This document shows positions 21,242-31,051 of a stretch of DNA of 64,000 nt, piece after piece. Position numbers and translations under genes: made by a program. Numbering within the stretch: position 1 is the first letter of the stretch; each line of letters starts with the position of its first letter. The stretch covers positions 992,001-1,056,000 of the forward strand of contig CBDDCX010000008.1 of assembly GCA_965226375.1 (NCBI GenBank), written 5' to 3'. This DNA comes from Longimicrobiales bacterium. GTDB lineage: Bacteria > Gemmatimonadota > Gemmatimonadetes > Longimicrobiales > Gaopeijiaceae. The notes under the pieces are model-generated. The model searched no databases, was not told the origin of the DNA, and was given only the letters and a program-made list of their open reading frames with translations.

Positions 21242-22177
21242 TTACGGCTCAATCTTTTGCGTAACCACGAACCGCGTCCCCCCCGCGTTGACGTCGTACT
21301 CGGGATTGTAGGACGTCATCGTGTTGTCGGCTCCCATACCAACCTGCTCGCCGGAGAAGAGCATTCGAGGCGCTCCGGAAGAGAATCCCCCGTCGGCCGT
21401 GTACTCGACGGCCATCAGCGAATTTCCTTCCCAGTAGAACAGCTCGTCATCACTCCACTTGGGCCAGGTACCACCGTTGGTCGACACCTTCCATCGGGCG
21501 TCGGACCTCGGGAATGTTGTCACGTAGATCTCGGTCTCGCCGGTCTGGTTGGACTGGTATGCGACGAAGTGGCCGTCACGAGACAAGCGGGCCAGCGCCT
21601 GAATCCCATCATCGTCGACCAGCACTCCCGTTTCCCCACTCGAGACGCTGACGTACCAGAGATCCCGGGCCTGCGTATCCGGATCGTTCGTATGGAAGAC
21701 CACGGTCGACGCGTCCGGCGTCCACGAAGGATACCACTTGTGCATGCCCTCGCTCTCGATGAGCGGGACATCACCGCCGGAGCCGTTCGCTGCACGGACA
21801 TACAAGTTCGAAACGCCGCCCGGCTTCTGGATCGAGTAGGCGATACGTGCACCGTCGGGAGACCAGATCATGTGCCGCTCGAACCCTTCATTGGTGGTGA
21901 GCCGGTCCGCGCCTCTGCCCTCGAGGAGGTACAGATGGTCCGTTTCTCCCGGTATCGCCCGGCCTCGGATCAGTACCTGCGCCCCGTCCGGGGAGATGGA
22001 GGGATCGAGGATCGAATTCATTCGTGGACCGATGGCCTCCTGAACGTTACCGGCCCGGTCGACCCAAACGAGCTGCCGAACGGGTGGGGCTTGGTCCTGT
22101 CCCCGTGCCTCGAGCGGTTTCTGATGCACGACGAGCGCGGCGAGCGCGATGAGGGGAATCGCAACGTGGGGCTTCAT
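21242..22177 (-). CDS. Secreted TolB-like beta-propeller protein
   Basis: ATG 22177 after GAGGAG; signal peptide; SPDG/WSPDG repeats. Confidence 0.8.
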   Translation of the reverse strand: MKPHVAIPLIALAALVVHQKPLEARGQDQAPPVRQLVWVDRAGNVQEAIGPRMNSILDPSISPDGAQVLIRGRAIPGETDHLYLLEGRGADRLTTNEGFERHMIWSPDGARIAYSIQKPGGVSNLYVRAANGSGGDVPLIESEGMHKWYPSWTPDASTVVFHTNDPDTQARDLWYVSVSSGETGVLVDDDGIQALARLSRDGHFVAYQSNQTGETEIYVTTFPRSDARWKVSTNGGTWPKWSDDELFYWEGNSLMAVEYTADGGFSSGAPRMLFSGEQVGMGADNTMTSYNPEYDVNAGGTRFVVTQKIEP

Positions 22178-22250
22178 GGTGTCTCCTCGTAGGGAATAGG
22201 CGGTACGACCTACGTGTATCATGAGGGCCCCGTAAAGGCCAGCACTGGTT

Positions 22251-22643
22251 TCAGTGCGAGACCGCGGTAGTGACAGGCGCTCCCACGGTCTTGATGATGT
22301 GCACCAAGAACTTGGCAGGCTCGGTATCGCTGGCATTCGCTGACACCGCGTGGATGTCGTCGGGGGTCTCATAGAATACTTCGCCGGGAGACAACGTCAT
22401 TAGCTCGCCTCCGGCGACCTGCATGTTCACCTGGCCTTCCAGTACGTATACGACCACATGGGCGTTGTGGCGATGGGGATTCGACGTCTGTCCCGGCGCG
22501 AGGTCCACTTCGACGACCAGGAGTTCTTGGTTGTCGGGCAGGTCGGGCAGCGGCACGTTGAGCAACTGGGCTTCGGCCGGGCTGATCAGGGAGCTGATGC
22601 CGATCGAAATCAGCAGAACGCCTGCCTTGAGAATATGCTGCAT
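22251..22643 (-). CDS. Secreted cupin-domain protein
   Basis: HRHNAHVVVYVLEG...FYETPDDIH cupin motifs and a signal peptide. Confidence 0.85.
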   Translation of the reverse strand: MQHILKAGVLLISIGISSLISPAEAQLLNVPLPDLPDNQELLVVEVDLAPGQTSNPHRHNAHVVVYVLEGQVNMQVAGGELMTLSPGEVFYETPDDIHAVSANASDTEPAKFLVHIIKTVGAPVTTAVSH

Positions 22644-22665
22644 CGGGCTGCTTCTCCTTTCGTGG

Positions 22666-23412
22666 TTAGCGGCGGAACCTCGGCCACCAAAGCTGGTAAA
22701 GCGCGGTCGAGATCATGAAGCCCGAAGCAGCCGCATAGCCGAATCCTCCGAGCAGGGTCAGGTACGCCGCGGACGGAACCCACTTCGTTGCCCACCATGA
22801 GAATACGTCGATGCACAGAAATAAATACGGGGACGCTACGGCGGCGATGCGAAGCCAACCTGGAATACCCGTTGCCTGAACGAAAATGAGACAGACAAAG
22901 AAGAAGATGAATGCGATGCCGAAGAGGTGGATGTGGGAAACGCGCGCCAGCGTCGGCACGGTGGCACCTTCATCGATCTGCGAGACCGACTTGATCCCTT
23001 CGTAGCTTCGGTACTCCACCAGTCCGGGTAACGTACCGTGGCACCGCGTGCAGTTAGCGGCGACGACCTCGCGAATTTCTGATTCCCACCCGTCACGTGG
23101 GGACCTCGCCCGGACCCACTTGATGATCGCCGCCCGATCTTGCTCAGAAGCCATGAGCTTCATCGAGCCTTGGAGCTTGGCCTCGATTCGGCTACCCTCA
23201 CGATTGCCGTAGTAGCTGTACACAATGTCGTCCACCGAGAGCCCTAACTTCCCGTCCGCCATTCCGTGCGTGAGAAGTATCTGGGCGAACGACATGAGAA
23301 GACCGACTCCAATGACCAACAGGTAGCCCGTGAAGAGAGCCCGCAGCGCGGGATCAGCTCTCGCCAGCGGCGCTCCCCACTGAACGCGATCGGAATCGCG
23401 ACCGTCAGCCAT
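22666..23412 (-). CDS. Membrane protein with a CxxCH haem-c motif
   Basis: N-terminal TM helix, ANCTRCHG, then SHIHLFG and three further hydrophobic segments; AGGAG RBS. Confidence 0.7.
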   Translation of the reverse strand: MADGRDSDRVQWGAPLARADPALRALFTGYLLVIGVGLLMSFAQILLTHGMADGKLGLSVDDIVYSYYGNREGSRIEAKLQGSMKLMASEQDRAAIIKWVRARSPRDGWESEIREVVAANCTRCHGTLPGLVEYRSYEGIKSVSQIDEGATVPTLARVSHIHLFGIAFIFFFVCLIFVQATGIPGWLRIAAVASPYLFLCIDVFSWWATKWVPSAAYLTLLGGFGYAAASGFMISTALYQLWWPRFRR

Positions 23413-24669
23413 GCGTTGCAGCTCCTACCTATTGCAGTATGTGAGTGGGCATTCATTCACCACGCACCCACCGCCGATCGATGGGCATACGTAGCCCTTG
23501 TTGACACTCCCCGAATGGTGGTGCCGAAGTGGCTGAAAATCCAGATACGCCTTGTGGCTTCGCACACCATAGACGCATTTTGCGGCCATGTCCGACCTCA
23601 CCGCCCGTCTGAACTCCACCCCCGACGACCGCTACGTCGTCGTGCGCTCCGGGGACACGACCTAACACCAAGCGAGGCTAGTGATGAAGCGCCGCACCTT
23701 CGTTCGTTCCGCGATCGCCGCAGCAGCAGCCACGGCCATCCCTACCAAGTCCTTGTGGGGCACCGGATTTCGACTTGCCCAACAGACGCCACCCGATGTG
23801 GACGCGATCTCCCTCGATGGGGGGGAGCTCACCCTGAGGGGGAGGGCGGTGGCCGAACTTCGCGCCCGTATGGCAGGACGGCTTCTCCTGGCCGATCAGG
23901 ACGGCTACGACGAGGCACGGCGTGTTCTCAATCCGTCCTTCGACAAACATCCCGCCCTCATCGCTCAAGCCACTGGCACGGCGGATGTCCGCGCGGCGGT
24001 CGAGTTTGCTCACGAGCACAGTCTATTGCTGGCGGTGAAGTGTGGAGGACACAGTGCCTCGGGTAAGTCGACGTGCGATGGCGGGCTGTTGCTCGACCTG
24101 TCTCCGTTCAGGAACGTCAATGTGGATCCGGTGGCGCAGGAGGCGTGGGTGACTGGAGGCAGCCTACTGGCACAGCTCGACCATGAAGCCATGGCCTATG
24201 ACCTGGTCACTCCGATGGGGACCGTATCTCATACCGGCATTGGAGGCCTCGTCACCGGGGGTGGATTCGGCCGCCTCGCCCGCCGGTTCGGTCTTGCGAT
24301 CGACAACCTCAAGGGTGTCCACGTCGTGACCGCCGACGGTGCTTTCCGTCGGGCCAACGCAGAGGAAAATCCGGATCTGTTCTGGGGCGTACGGGGAGGC
24401 AGCGGCAACTTCGGGGTGGTCACCTCATTCCAATTCCGCCTCCACTCGATGCAGCGGCAAATCGTTCTATGAAAGAGAGTGTCAAGGCCGGGCTCCGCCC
24501 CGGCTGTCTGCGAAGCCGTGTTGGGCTTGGCACTCAGCCTCCGCTTGGCTGGAATGACCGGATCGTCAGGGAGTGGTGTGCTGGATGAGTCAGTCTTCGT
24601 GTCGGCCACGATGATCCTCACTTGGATGGTCGATCCGTCTGGACTTGATTGAGTGGACCTAGGTCGTAC

Positions 24670-24820
24670 GACGCGAACCATGGTTCTATCTGAGACTCAG
24701 CCTCGGGGCCGGCCTGACACTTCTTCGGGTTCTGCGGAAGGGCCTGGAGTTAGGATCGTGCCTCGGCATGACTGCGAGCCGGGCGTACGGATTTGCTTGA
24801 GACTGCCTCCCGCACCGTCG
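24670..24820 (-). ncRNA. Candidate bridge/seek RNA of the IS1111-type element (boundaries approximate)
   Basis: Stem-enclosed segments match the target flanks (24790-24796, 24749-24755) and the circle junction (24717-24725, 24683-24689). Confidence 0.6.
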
Positions 24821-24867
24821 TCCAGGGATTCGACGTTCCAAGGGATCGAAGGTCATGCGCTGCACCC

Positions 24868-25959
24868 CTACACCCTAGGACGATGAACCCCCCTCAATGT
24901 TTGGGGTCGACTCAGCTGCGTCGGATCAAAGACTTCTCCGGTTTTGAGTAGACGAAGGGTGAGCGCTGCGAGCTTGCGAGCCAGCGTCACACGGGCGAGC
25001 TCCTCGCGCATCCCGCGCTCGAGCATTCGGTTATAGAAGTCCAGGAATGGGCCCGGACGTCCAATGGCTACGTTGGCGGCGCCCTTGAAGACATTCTTGA
25101 GGACTCGATTGTGGTTGCGGTTCAACCCTCGAGTGAGCGGAGGGCGCCGCCGCCGGCGAGGACGCCCATCGAACAACTCGTAGTCGGAGCTCGAGCGCGT
25201 GACCACGGCGAGTCCGGCATAGGCCCACAGGTTGCGCTTCGTGCGGAAGCGCCACGGCGTACCCATGGTTGCTAGCAACAGTGCGATACGCACGGGCCCA
25301 AAGTAGGGGATCGTCTCGAGCACCCCGAAGGCCGGATCACGCTTCGCCTCGGCGACCATGGCCGCCTTGGTCTTCTTGCGCTGAGCCCGAAGCACATCGA
25401 GCTGAGCGTACAGGGTCTCGGCTCGTAGACGAGCTCCTCCCTCCGGTAGCTGCGCGAGCCAGGCGCCGCGCTGCTTCGGCTGGTAGACTCCGCCGCCCGT
25501 GGTTCGGATCGCCCGCGCACGGAAGAGTGCCTTGAGCCGCAGCATCACGCGCGTGCCGTCTTCGACGAGGTTGCGATAGGCTCGAGTCAGCTCCTTGAGA
25601 TCAGATCGGCCGTGTGCGCCGTGGTATACCGCGCGCAGCCCGCCACACCGCAACCGCTCCGACAGCTCGTCGGCATCGACCTGGTCCCCCTTGTTGCCCG
25701 AACGCTTTTCGCCTCTGCGATCGCATACGATCACCCGATCCACACGAGGACTCAGTAGGTCGTAGAGCCACTGCGCCTGGGTTCCCTCTTCGAACACTAC
25801 GTGCACCGACCCGCGCATCGCGCTGAAGAACTCCGTGATCGATGCGTCCCCCGTCTCGATCACGCTGCGCGCGATCACTCGTCCCCCTTGGCCCCGAACC
25901 GTCGCCACCGTCATTGCCTGGTGCACGTCGAGTCCCACATACTTGGTGTTCCGCTTCAT
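24868..25959 (-). CDS. IS110-family DEDD transposase/recombinase
   Basis: YVGLDVH, VFEEGT, KGDQVDA (DEDD); LETIPYFG; YAGLAVVTRSS (Transposase_20 serine region). Confidence 0.92.
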   Translation of the reverse strand: MKRNTKYVGLDVHQAMTVATVRGQGGRVIARSVIETGDASITEFFSAMRGSVHVVFEEGTQAQWLYDLLSPRVDRVIVCDRRGEKRSGNKGDQVDADELSERLRCGGLRAVYHGAHGRSDLKELTRAYRNLVEDGTRVMLRLKALFRARAIRTTGGGVYQPKQRGAWLAQLPEGGARLRAETLYAQLDVLRAQRKKTKAAMVAEAKRDPAFGVLETIPYFGPVRIALLLATMGTPWRFRTKRNLWAYAGLAVVTRSSSDYELFDGRPRRRRRPPLTRGLNRNHNRVLKNVFKGAANVAIGRPGPFLDFYNRMLERGMREELARVTLARKLAALTLRLLKTGEVFDPTQLSRPQTLRGVHRPRV

Positions 25960-26845
25960 GAGAGCCGCCCTCTGCTGTGGTCCATGGTCGTTTCGCAACT
26001 CCACGGTACCCACAGGGGGCGTGCTTTCAAGTTGTGTTGGGGGAAACATCTTCTTTCCCATCGAGCGGGCGGGTGACGTCCTGAGCTTGTATGGGGAGTA
26101 CGGGGTACAAGCCCCCGATGAGTTGCAGTTGGACTTCGTGATGGTCCAGCCTCCCGGAGACGCACCGGGCGTGGTGGGATTCGGCGTGTGTTATTCGGGT
26201 CCGGAAGGAGATGCGGAACGCGCGCTCGCTCCCGTCTACGGGTTGGGAACACCCATCGTCGACACGATGCAAGCGATGGACTACGTCGCACTCCAGAAGT
26301 CGGGAGACATCGACGACCCGAGAGCGCGTGCATCCTATCTGAAGAGCGGGTTCTTCTCGGAGATCCCACCGGGGCTGATCGCAGCCATCGTGGACGGCAT
26401 GGAGGGCCATCCGTCTCGAGCTACCCTGGTGATTGTCCAGCAGAGCGGGGGGGCGATCGGCCGTGTTTCGAATACGGCCACCGCGTTCGCCCAGCGAGCT
26501 GCCATCGGAAACCTGCTGCTCGCGGTCGACTGGGCCCACGACGATGATGGCAGTGAGCACACGGCTTGGATCAAGCAGTTCTGGACGACCCTGGAGCCGT
26601 TCACCCATGGGTTTTACGTGAACGACGGCGACCCCGAGGCGTACGAGAGTGCCGAATTCGTCCACGCCAGCTACCGGGAGAATTACCCCCGGTTAGTGGA
26701 GATCAAGAACAGGTACGACCCCGACAACCTATTCAGGATGAATGCCAACGTTGCCCCGACGGTTTGAATTCTGAGTGGCGCCGTCCCTGTGCGCTCCGGC
26801 GCTACCGGCGCATTCTTACGTTGATCGGTTGGGTCGGGCTGCGAA

Positions 26846-27832
26846 CTAACGTATCGCGATCGGACTCCCCGGTGATCCAGTCGCTCCCTTTATCGGCATG
26901 GGCGTGAACACGAACGCGAACTCGTAGACGCCGTCGGCTGCGAGCGTGGACAGGTCGAGATTCTCGATGTTATAGACGCCGTTACGGTTCATGAGCCACT
27001 GGTGCGCTTCGAACGGACGGTCGGGGTTTTCTCCCGGAACCGCCTCCATGCTGAAGTTGTCCGCGCCCGTCATCACGATTTTCTTCTCGATGAGCCACTT
27101 GCTGGCCGTTACGCCCGGTCCCGGGGTGTCACCCGAGTAGGCAGCGTTGTCCGTCATCCAGAGTTCGCCATGTCCGGTGTTGAATAGGACAACGTCGCCC
27201 TCGCGTATGTCCGTATTCTGCCGTGCGAGTGTGCCCTCGATGTCGACGATGGTGATTACGTAGCCGGGAGCGAGCCGTCGAACATCCTTGTATGCTGCAA
27301 CGTCTAGCAATACGCCGCGCGTGAAGATGGAGCCGACGTTTTCGACCCCCAGTTTCGTCAGACCGTACGTGTCGCCGAACTCCGAAAGCTTGAAGCCGTT
27401 ATAGAATATCGCTTCGCCGTCGACCATCGTGCCGATGTGGCCGAGTCCGTCGAATTGGGTGCCGATCTGCCCCAGTTCACCACTGATCAATTCGTCGTTG
27501 TATACGACTTGTCCTACACCCATGGGGCCACCGGTGGGGAGTCCGGGGATGGTCAGGCTATAGTGCCGGTTCCCGAAGAGCGGCATGCCGAGCTCGTAGG
27601 TCCTCCCCAGCTCGTAAATCGTTCCTTCCCTTATGAGTCCCACCGCTTCGAGAACCTTGGCAGGCGTGATGCGATTCGCCGCACCACGTTGGTCGTCGGG
27701 GCCCCACTCCGAGGGCCACCACCGAGTGCCGGTTGGCGTTTGCGCGTCTGCGGGAACAGGTGCTAAGGGGAGGATTGCGAGTACCAGGAGGGCAAGTCGA
27801 CCCCTTGGCGGACATGCAGCTCGAGTTGGCAA
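26846..27832 (-). CDS. Cyclase-family (kynurenine formamidase-like) secreted metallohydrolase; start uncertain or lost
   Basis: WGPDDQRGAAN, QIGTQFDGLGH, RGVLLDV, GDVVLFNTG, IENLDL, GATGSP. Confidence 0.85.
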   Translation of the reverse strand: MPTRAACPPRGRLALLVLAILPLAPVPADAQTPTGTRWWPSEWGPDDQRGAANRITPAKVLEAVGLIREGTIYELGRTYELGMPLFGNRHYSLTIPGLPTGGPMGVGQVVYNDELISGELGQIGTQFDGLGHIGTMVDGEAIFYNGFKLSEFGDTYGLTKLGVENVGSIFTRGVLLDVAAYKDVRRLAPGYVITIVDIEGTLARQNTDIREGDVVLFNTGHGELWMTDNAAYSGDTPGPGVTASKWLIEKKIVMTGADNFSMEAVPGENPDRPFEAHQWLMNRNGVYNIENLDLSTLAADGVYEFAFVFTPMPIKGATGSPGSPIAIR

Positions 27833-28185
27833 TGATGGGCGAGAATCCCGCCACTTCGTGGACCAAGGCGGTATACACGCCGGGCGAGTTGACCCACCAG
27901 GATGCGGCTGTGCTCGACCGATACTTCAACTACGGTCTGGTCCAACTTCAGCGGCTGCAGCAGATGAATGAGATGGGCATGGCCCACGATAGATGGAAGG
28001 ACCGGATCAGTTACCTAAGATGGCATCTGGGCAATGACGTAGGGCAGCGCTGGTGGGCTCACTTCAAAGACGGTTTCCCTCCGGACTTTGCGGCGACCGT
28101 GGACGAAATCCTCGAGCAGAGTGATTTCCGGGACAACCAACAGCTCCTCGATGCACTGGTCGGCCAACGACCACCGGCAGTCTAA
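27805..28185 (+). pseudogene. Hypothetical protein, probably 5'-truncated
   Basis: Protein-like helical ORF (…GNDVGQRWWAHFK…) whose 5' part overlaps the 5' end of the divergent cyclase gene; no clean RBS or start. Confidence 0.45.
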
Positions 28186-28278
28186 CGAGTCTGCCCAGGA
28201 GGACCGAAATGGCTACGATGTCTTAACTCGATAGATCGTGTTCTCGACTCTGCCGCGCTCGATGTAACCTGAGGACCT

Positions 28279-29499
28279 GTGCCACTCGTGATCCAACCCT
28301 ACCACGTCATGCTCAAACCTCGGGGCGCGATCTGCGACCTGGACTGTGAGTACTGCTATTACTTGAAGAAGGAAGAGCTGTACGCTGGGTCGAGCTTCCG
28401 CATGACCGACGACGTGCTGGAGGCGTTCACCAAACAGTACATCGAGAGCCAGCTCAGTTCGGAGATCGTTTTCGGATGGCAGGGCGGCGAACCCACGCTC
28501 ATGGGCCTCGAGTTTTACCGGCGAGCGGTCGAGTACCAGCGGAAGTACACGAAGCCCGGTGTCCGTATCCTGAACACGCTCCAGACGAACGGCGTCAGCC
28601 TCGACGATGCGTGGTGCACGTTTTTCCGGGAGAACGGCTTCTTGATCGGGATCAGCGTGGATGGTCCGGCCCCGCTGCACGACGCGTCTCGGGTGGACAA
28701 GGGCGGAAGACCGACGCACATCAGGGTGATGGCAGGCCTGGACCTGATGAAGAAGCACGGGGTCGAGTACAACGTGCTCACAACGGTGCATGCCGCCAAC
28801 GTCGATCATCCGTTGGAGGTCTACCGATACCTCCGTGACGAGGTCGGTTCGACGTTCATGCAGTTTATCCCGATCGTCGAGCGCGAGGGCGAGAGCGGCG
28901 CAACGAGTCGCTCCGTCACGGGACTGGGCTACGGTGAATTCCTGGTCTCGATCTTCGACGATTGGGTCCATAGGGACGTCGGAAAGGTCTTCGTACAGAT
29001 CTTCGACGTGGCACTCTCTGCTTGGGCCGGGCAGGGAGCGGGACTGTGCATTTTCGAGGAGACCTGTGGACGGGCGCTCGCGATTGAGCACACGGGCGAT
29101 CTGTATTCGTGCGACCACTTCGTCGAGCCCGAGCATCTCCTGGGGAACGTGCTTCGAACGGAACTCCCCGTGCTCGTCGACGGTGCGCGGCAACGTGACT
29201 TCGGCACCGCCAAGAGGGACACGCTGCCGCAGTACTGTCTGGACTGCGAGGTCCGGTTCGTGTGCAACGGCGGCTGTCCGAAGAACCGGTTCATCCGGAC
29301 GCCCAGTGGCGAAGGCGGTCTGAACCACCTGTGCGAGGGCTACCGTCCGTTCTTTAATCATATCGACCCGGCGATGAAGTACATGGTAGAGGCCCTGCAG
29401 AACCGTGCGCCGCCTGCCGGAATCATGCAGGTTCTCTCAGACGGGGTGGACGCCGAGTTGATAGCGGCGTACGGAGCCGGGACGGAGAGCGCCCAATGA
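28279..29499 (+). CDS. Anaerobic sulfatase maturase (radical SAM/SPASM, anSME)
   Basis: CDLDCEYC, WQGGEPTL, LQTNG, GISVDG, YSCDHFV, C..C.....C.GGCPKNR. Confidence 0.95.
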   Translation: MPLVIQPYHVMLKPRGAICDLDCEYCYYLKKEELYAGSSFRMTDDVLEAFTKQYIESQLSSEIVFGWQGGEPTLMGLEFYRRAVEYQRKYTKPGVRILNTLQTNGVSLDDAWCTFFRENGFLIGISVDGPAPLHDASRVDKGGRPTHIRVMAGLDLMKKHGVEYNVLTTVHAANVDHPLEVYRYLRDEVGSTFMQFIPIVEREGESGATSRSVTGLGYGEFLVSIFDDWVHRDVGKVFVQIFDVALSAWAGQGAGLCIFEETCGRALAIEHTGDLYSCDHFVEPEHLLGNVLRTELPVLVDGARQRDFGTAKRDTLPQYCLDCEVRFVCNGGCPKNRFIRTPSGEGGLNHLCEGYRPFFNHIDPAMKYMVEALQNRAPPAGIMQVLSDGVDAELIAAYGAGTESAQ

Positions 29500-30986
29500 C
29501 ACAGCCTTATAGGTCCAGACGCGAATTCATCCGGAATACGGGCGCGCTCGGCCTTGCGCTCGGCCTCGGGGAGTGGGCGAGCGGCTGCGCCTCGCCCGGC
29601 CAAAGCCTTCCTAACGTCGTGCTGATCTTCGCGGACGATCAGGGCTACGGAGATGTAGGCGTGTACGGGGCGCAGGGCTTCACGACGCCCCACCTCGACA
29701 GGCTCGCAGCCGAGGGCAGGCGCTTCACGGACTTCTATGCGTCACAGGCTGTTTGCTCCGCATCGCGTGCGGCGCTCCTTACCGGCTGCTATTCGAATCG
29801 CGTTGGCATCTTGGGTGCGCTGGGCCCCGGTGCCGAACACGGGTTGAACGAGTCAGAGACCACGATCGCCGAGATGCTGAGGGCGCGCGGATATGCGACG
29901 GGCATGGTCGGCAAGTGGCACCTCGGGAACTGGGAGCCGTACCTGCCGCTCCAGCACGGCCGCGACGAGTGTCTCGGGCTGCCATACTCGAACGACATGT
30001 GGCCGGTCGACTACGACGGAAATCCAATCCTGGAAGGCCGTAAGTCGGACAACCCCGCCCTCCCACTGATCGACGGGAACGAACGGATCGAGACGATCGA
30101 TACGCTGGAGGATCAGGCAACATTAACGACGCGCTACGCAGAGCGCGCGGTCGATTTCATCGACCGGAACGCAGCAGGGCCGTTCTTCCTGTACTTCGCC
30201 CACACCATGCCGCACGTGCCGCTCGGCGTGTCGGACAAATTCCGTGGCCACAGCGAGCAGGGTATGTACGGTGACGTGATCGAGGAGATCGACTGGTCGG
30301 TCGGGCAGGTCCTGGAAGCGCTCGAGCGGCACGGTGTCGCGGACAACACGCTCGTGATCTACACGAGCGACAATGGTCCGTGGCTCAACTACGGCAACCA
30401 TGCGGGAACGGTCGGGCCGCTCCGTGAGGGCAAGGGCACAGCACTCGAGGGGGGTCCACGTGTGCCGGCGATCATGCGTTGGCCCGGACGCATCGCTCCG
30501 GGCTCGGTGTGTACCCGGATGGCGTCGACCATCGACATCTTGCCCACGCTCGCCGCCGTGACGCAGGCGACACTGCCGGATCTGGAGATCGACGGCGTGA
30601 ACATCGCTCCGCTCCTCGAGGGCGACGAGAGCGCCAACCCCCGAGACGTCTTCTACTTCTATTACGGGCGCGAGCTCAGGGCCGTGCGCGAAGGCAAGTG
30701 GAAGCGGGTGTTCGAGCATCGGACGCGATCGTATGTAGGGGTCGAGCCCGGAATGGACGGCCATCCGGGTCCCTACGCGTTCCCCACCATCCCCGACGCG
30801 CTCTACGACCTCGAAAACGACATCGGCGAAACGACTGATGTGGCCGCAGAAAATTCGGAGGTGGTCGCGCGGTTGGGCGCACTCGCCGAGGAGGCGCGAC
30901 GCGCACTCGGGGACGGACTCACCGACCGCGAGGGAGAGGAAGTGCGCGAGCCGGGCCGGAGGCCGTTGAACCGTCGGGGCGCCTGA
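29496..30986 (+). CDS. Cys-type sulfatase (arylsulfatase A-like) with Tat signal
   Basis: SRREF; ADDQG, CSASRAALLTG, GKWHLG, SDNG. Confidence 0.92.
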   Translation: MTQPYRSRREFIRNTGALGLALGLGEWASGCASPGQSLPNVVLIFADDQGYGDVGVYGAQGFTTPHLDRLAAEGRRFTDFYASQAVCSASRAALLTGCYSNRVGILGALGPGAEHGLNESETTIAEMLRARGYATGMVGKWHLGNWEPYLPLQHGRDECLGLPYSNDMWPVDYDGNPILEGRKSDNPALPLIDGNERIETIDTLEDQATLTTRYAERAVDFIDRNAAGPFFLYFAHTMPHVPLGVSDKFRGHSEQGMYGDVIEEIDWSVGQVLEALERHGVADNTLVIYTSDNGPWLNYGNHAGTVGPLREGKGTALEGGPRVPAIMRWPGRIAPGSVCTRMASTIDILPTLAAVTQATLPDLEIDGVNIAPLLEGDESANPRDVFYFYYGRELRAVREGKWKRVFEHRTRSYVGVEPGMDGHPGPYAFPTIPDALYDLENDIGETTDVAAENSEVVARLGALAEEARRALGDGLTDREGEEVREPGRRPLNRRGA

Positions 30987-31051
30987 TCGAGGTGTCGGTC
31001 GACGGGAGCCGTGGATCTTTGCACCGAAGTCGAATCGAGGAGACCTGACGC

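Larger units (their letters stand above)
24467..26038 (-). mobile_element. IS110-family (IS1111-type) insertion sequence, 1572 bp
   Basis: GTT core at both junctions (24464-24466 and 26036-26038). Sub-terminal inverted TGAAAG (24470-24475) and CTTTCA (26024-26029) lie 3 and 6 nt from the ends. Long non-coding region 3' of the transposase. Confidence 0.9.
23684..26767 (+). pseudogene. Tat-exported FAD-linked oxidase (berberine-bridge-like), interrupted by an IS110-family element
   Basis: MKRRTF; KCGGHS, GGGFG, DLFWGVRGGSGNFGVVT; C-terminal RLVEIKNRYDPDNLFR. Removing 24467-26038 restores ...RQIVGGNIFFP in frame. Confidence 0.9.

Noticed and set aside
24518..24525. GTGTTGGG in the IS non-coding region matching the right junction
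   Set aside because: Isolated 8-mer with no partner segment or enclosing loop identified; may be chance.
25835..26037. N-terminal part of ORF 25835-26767
   Set aside because: Lies inside the IS, antisense to the transposase; only the part from 26036 belongs to the oxidase.
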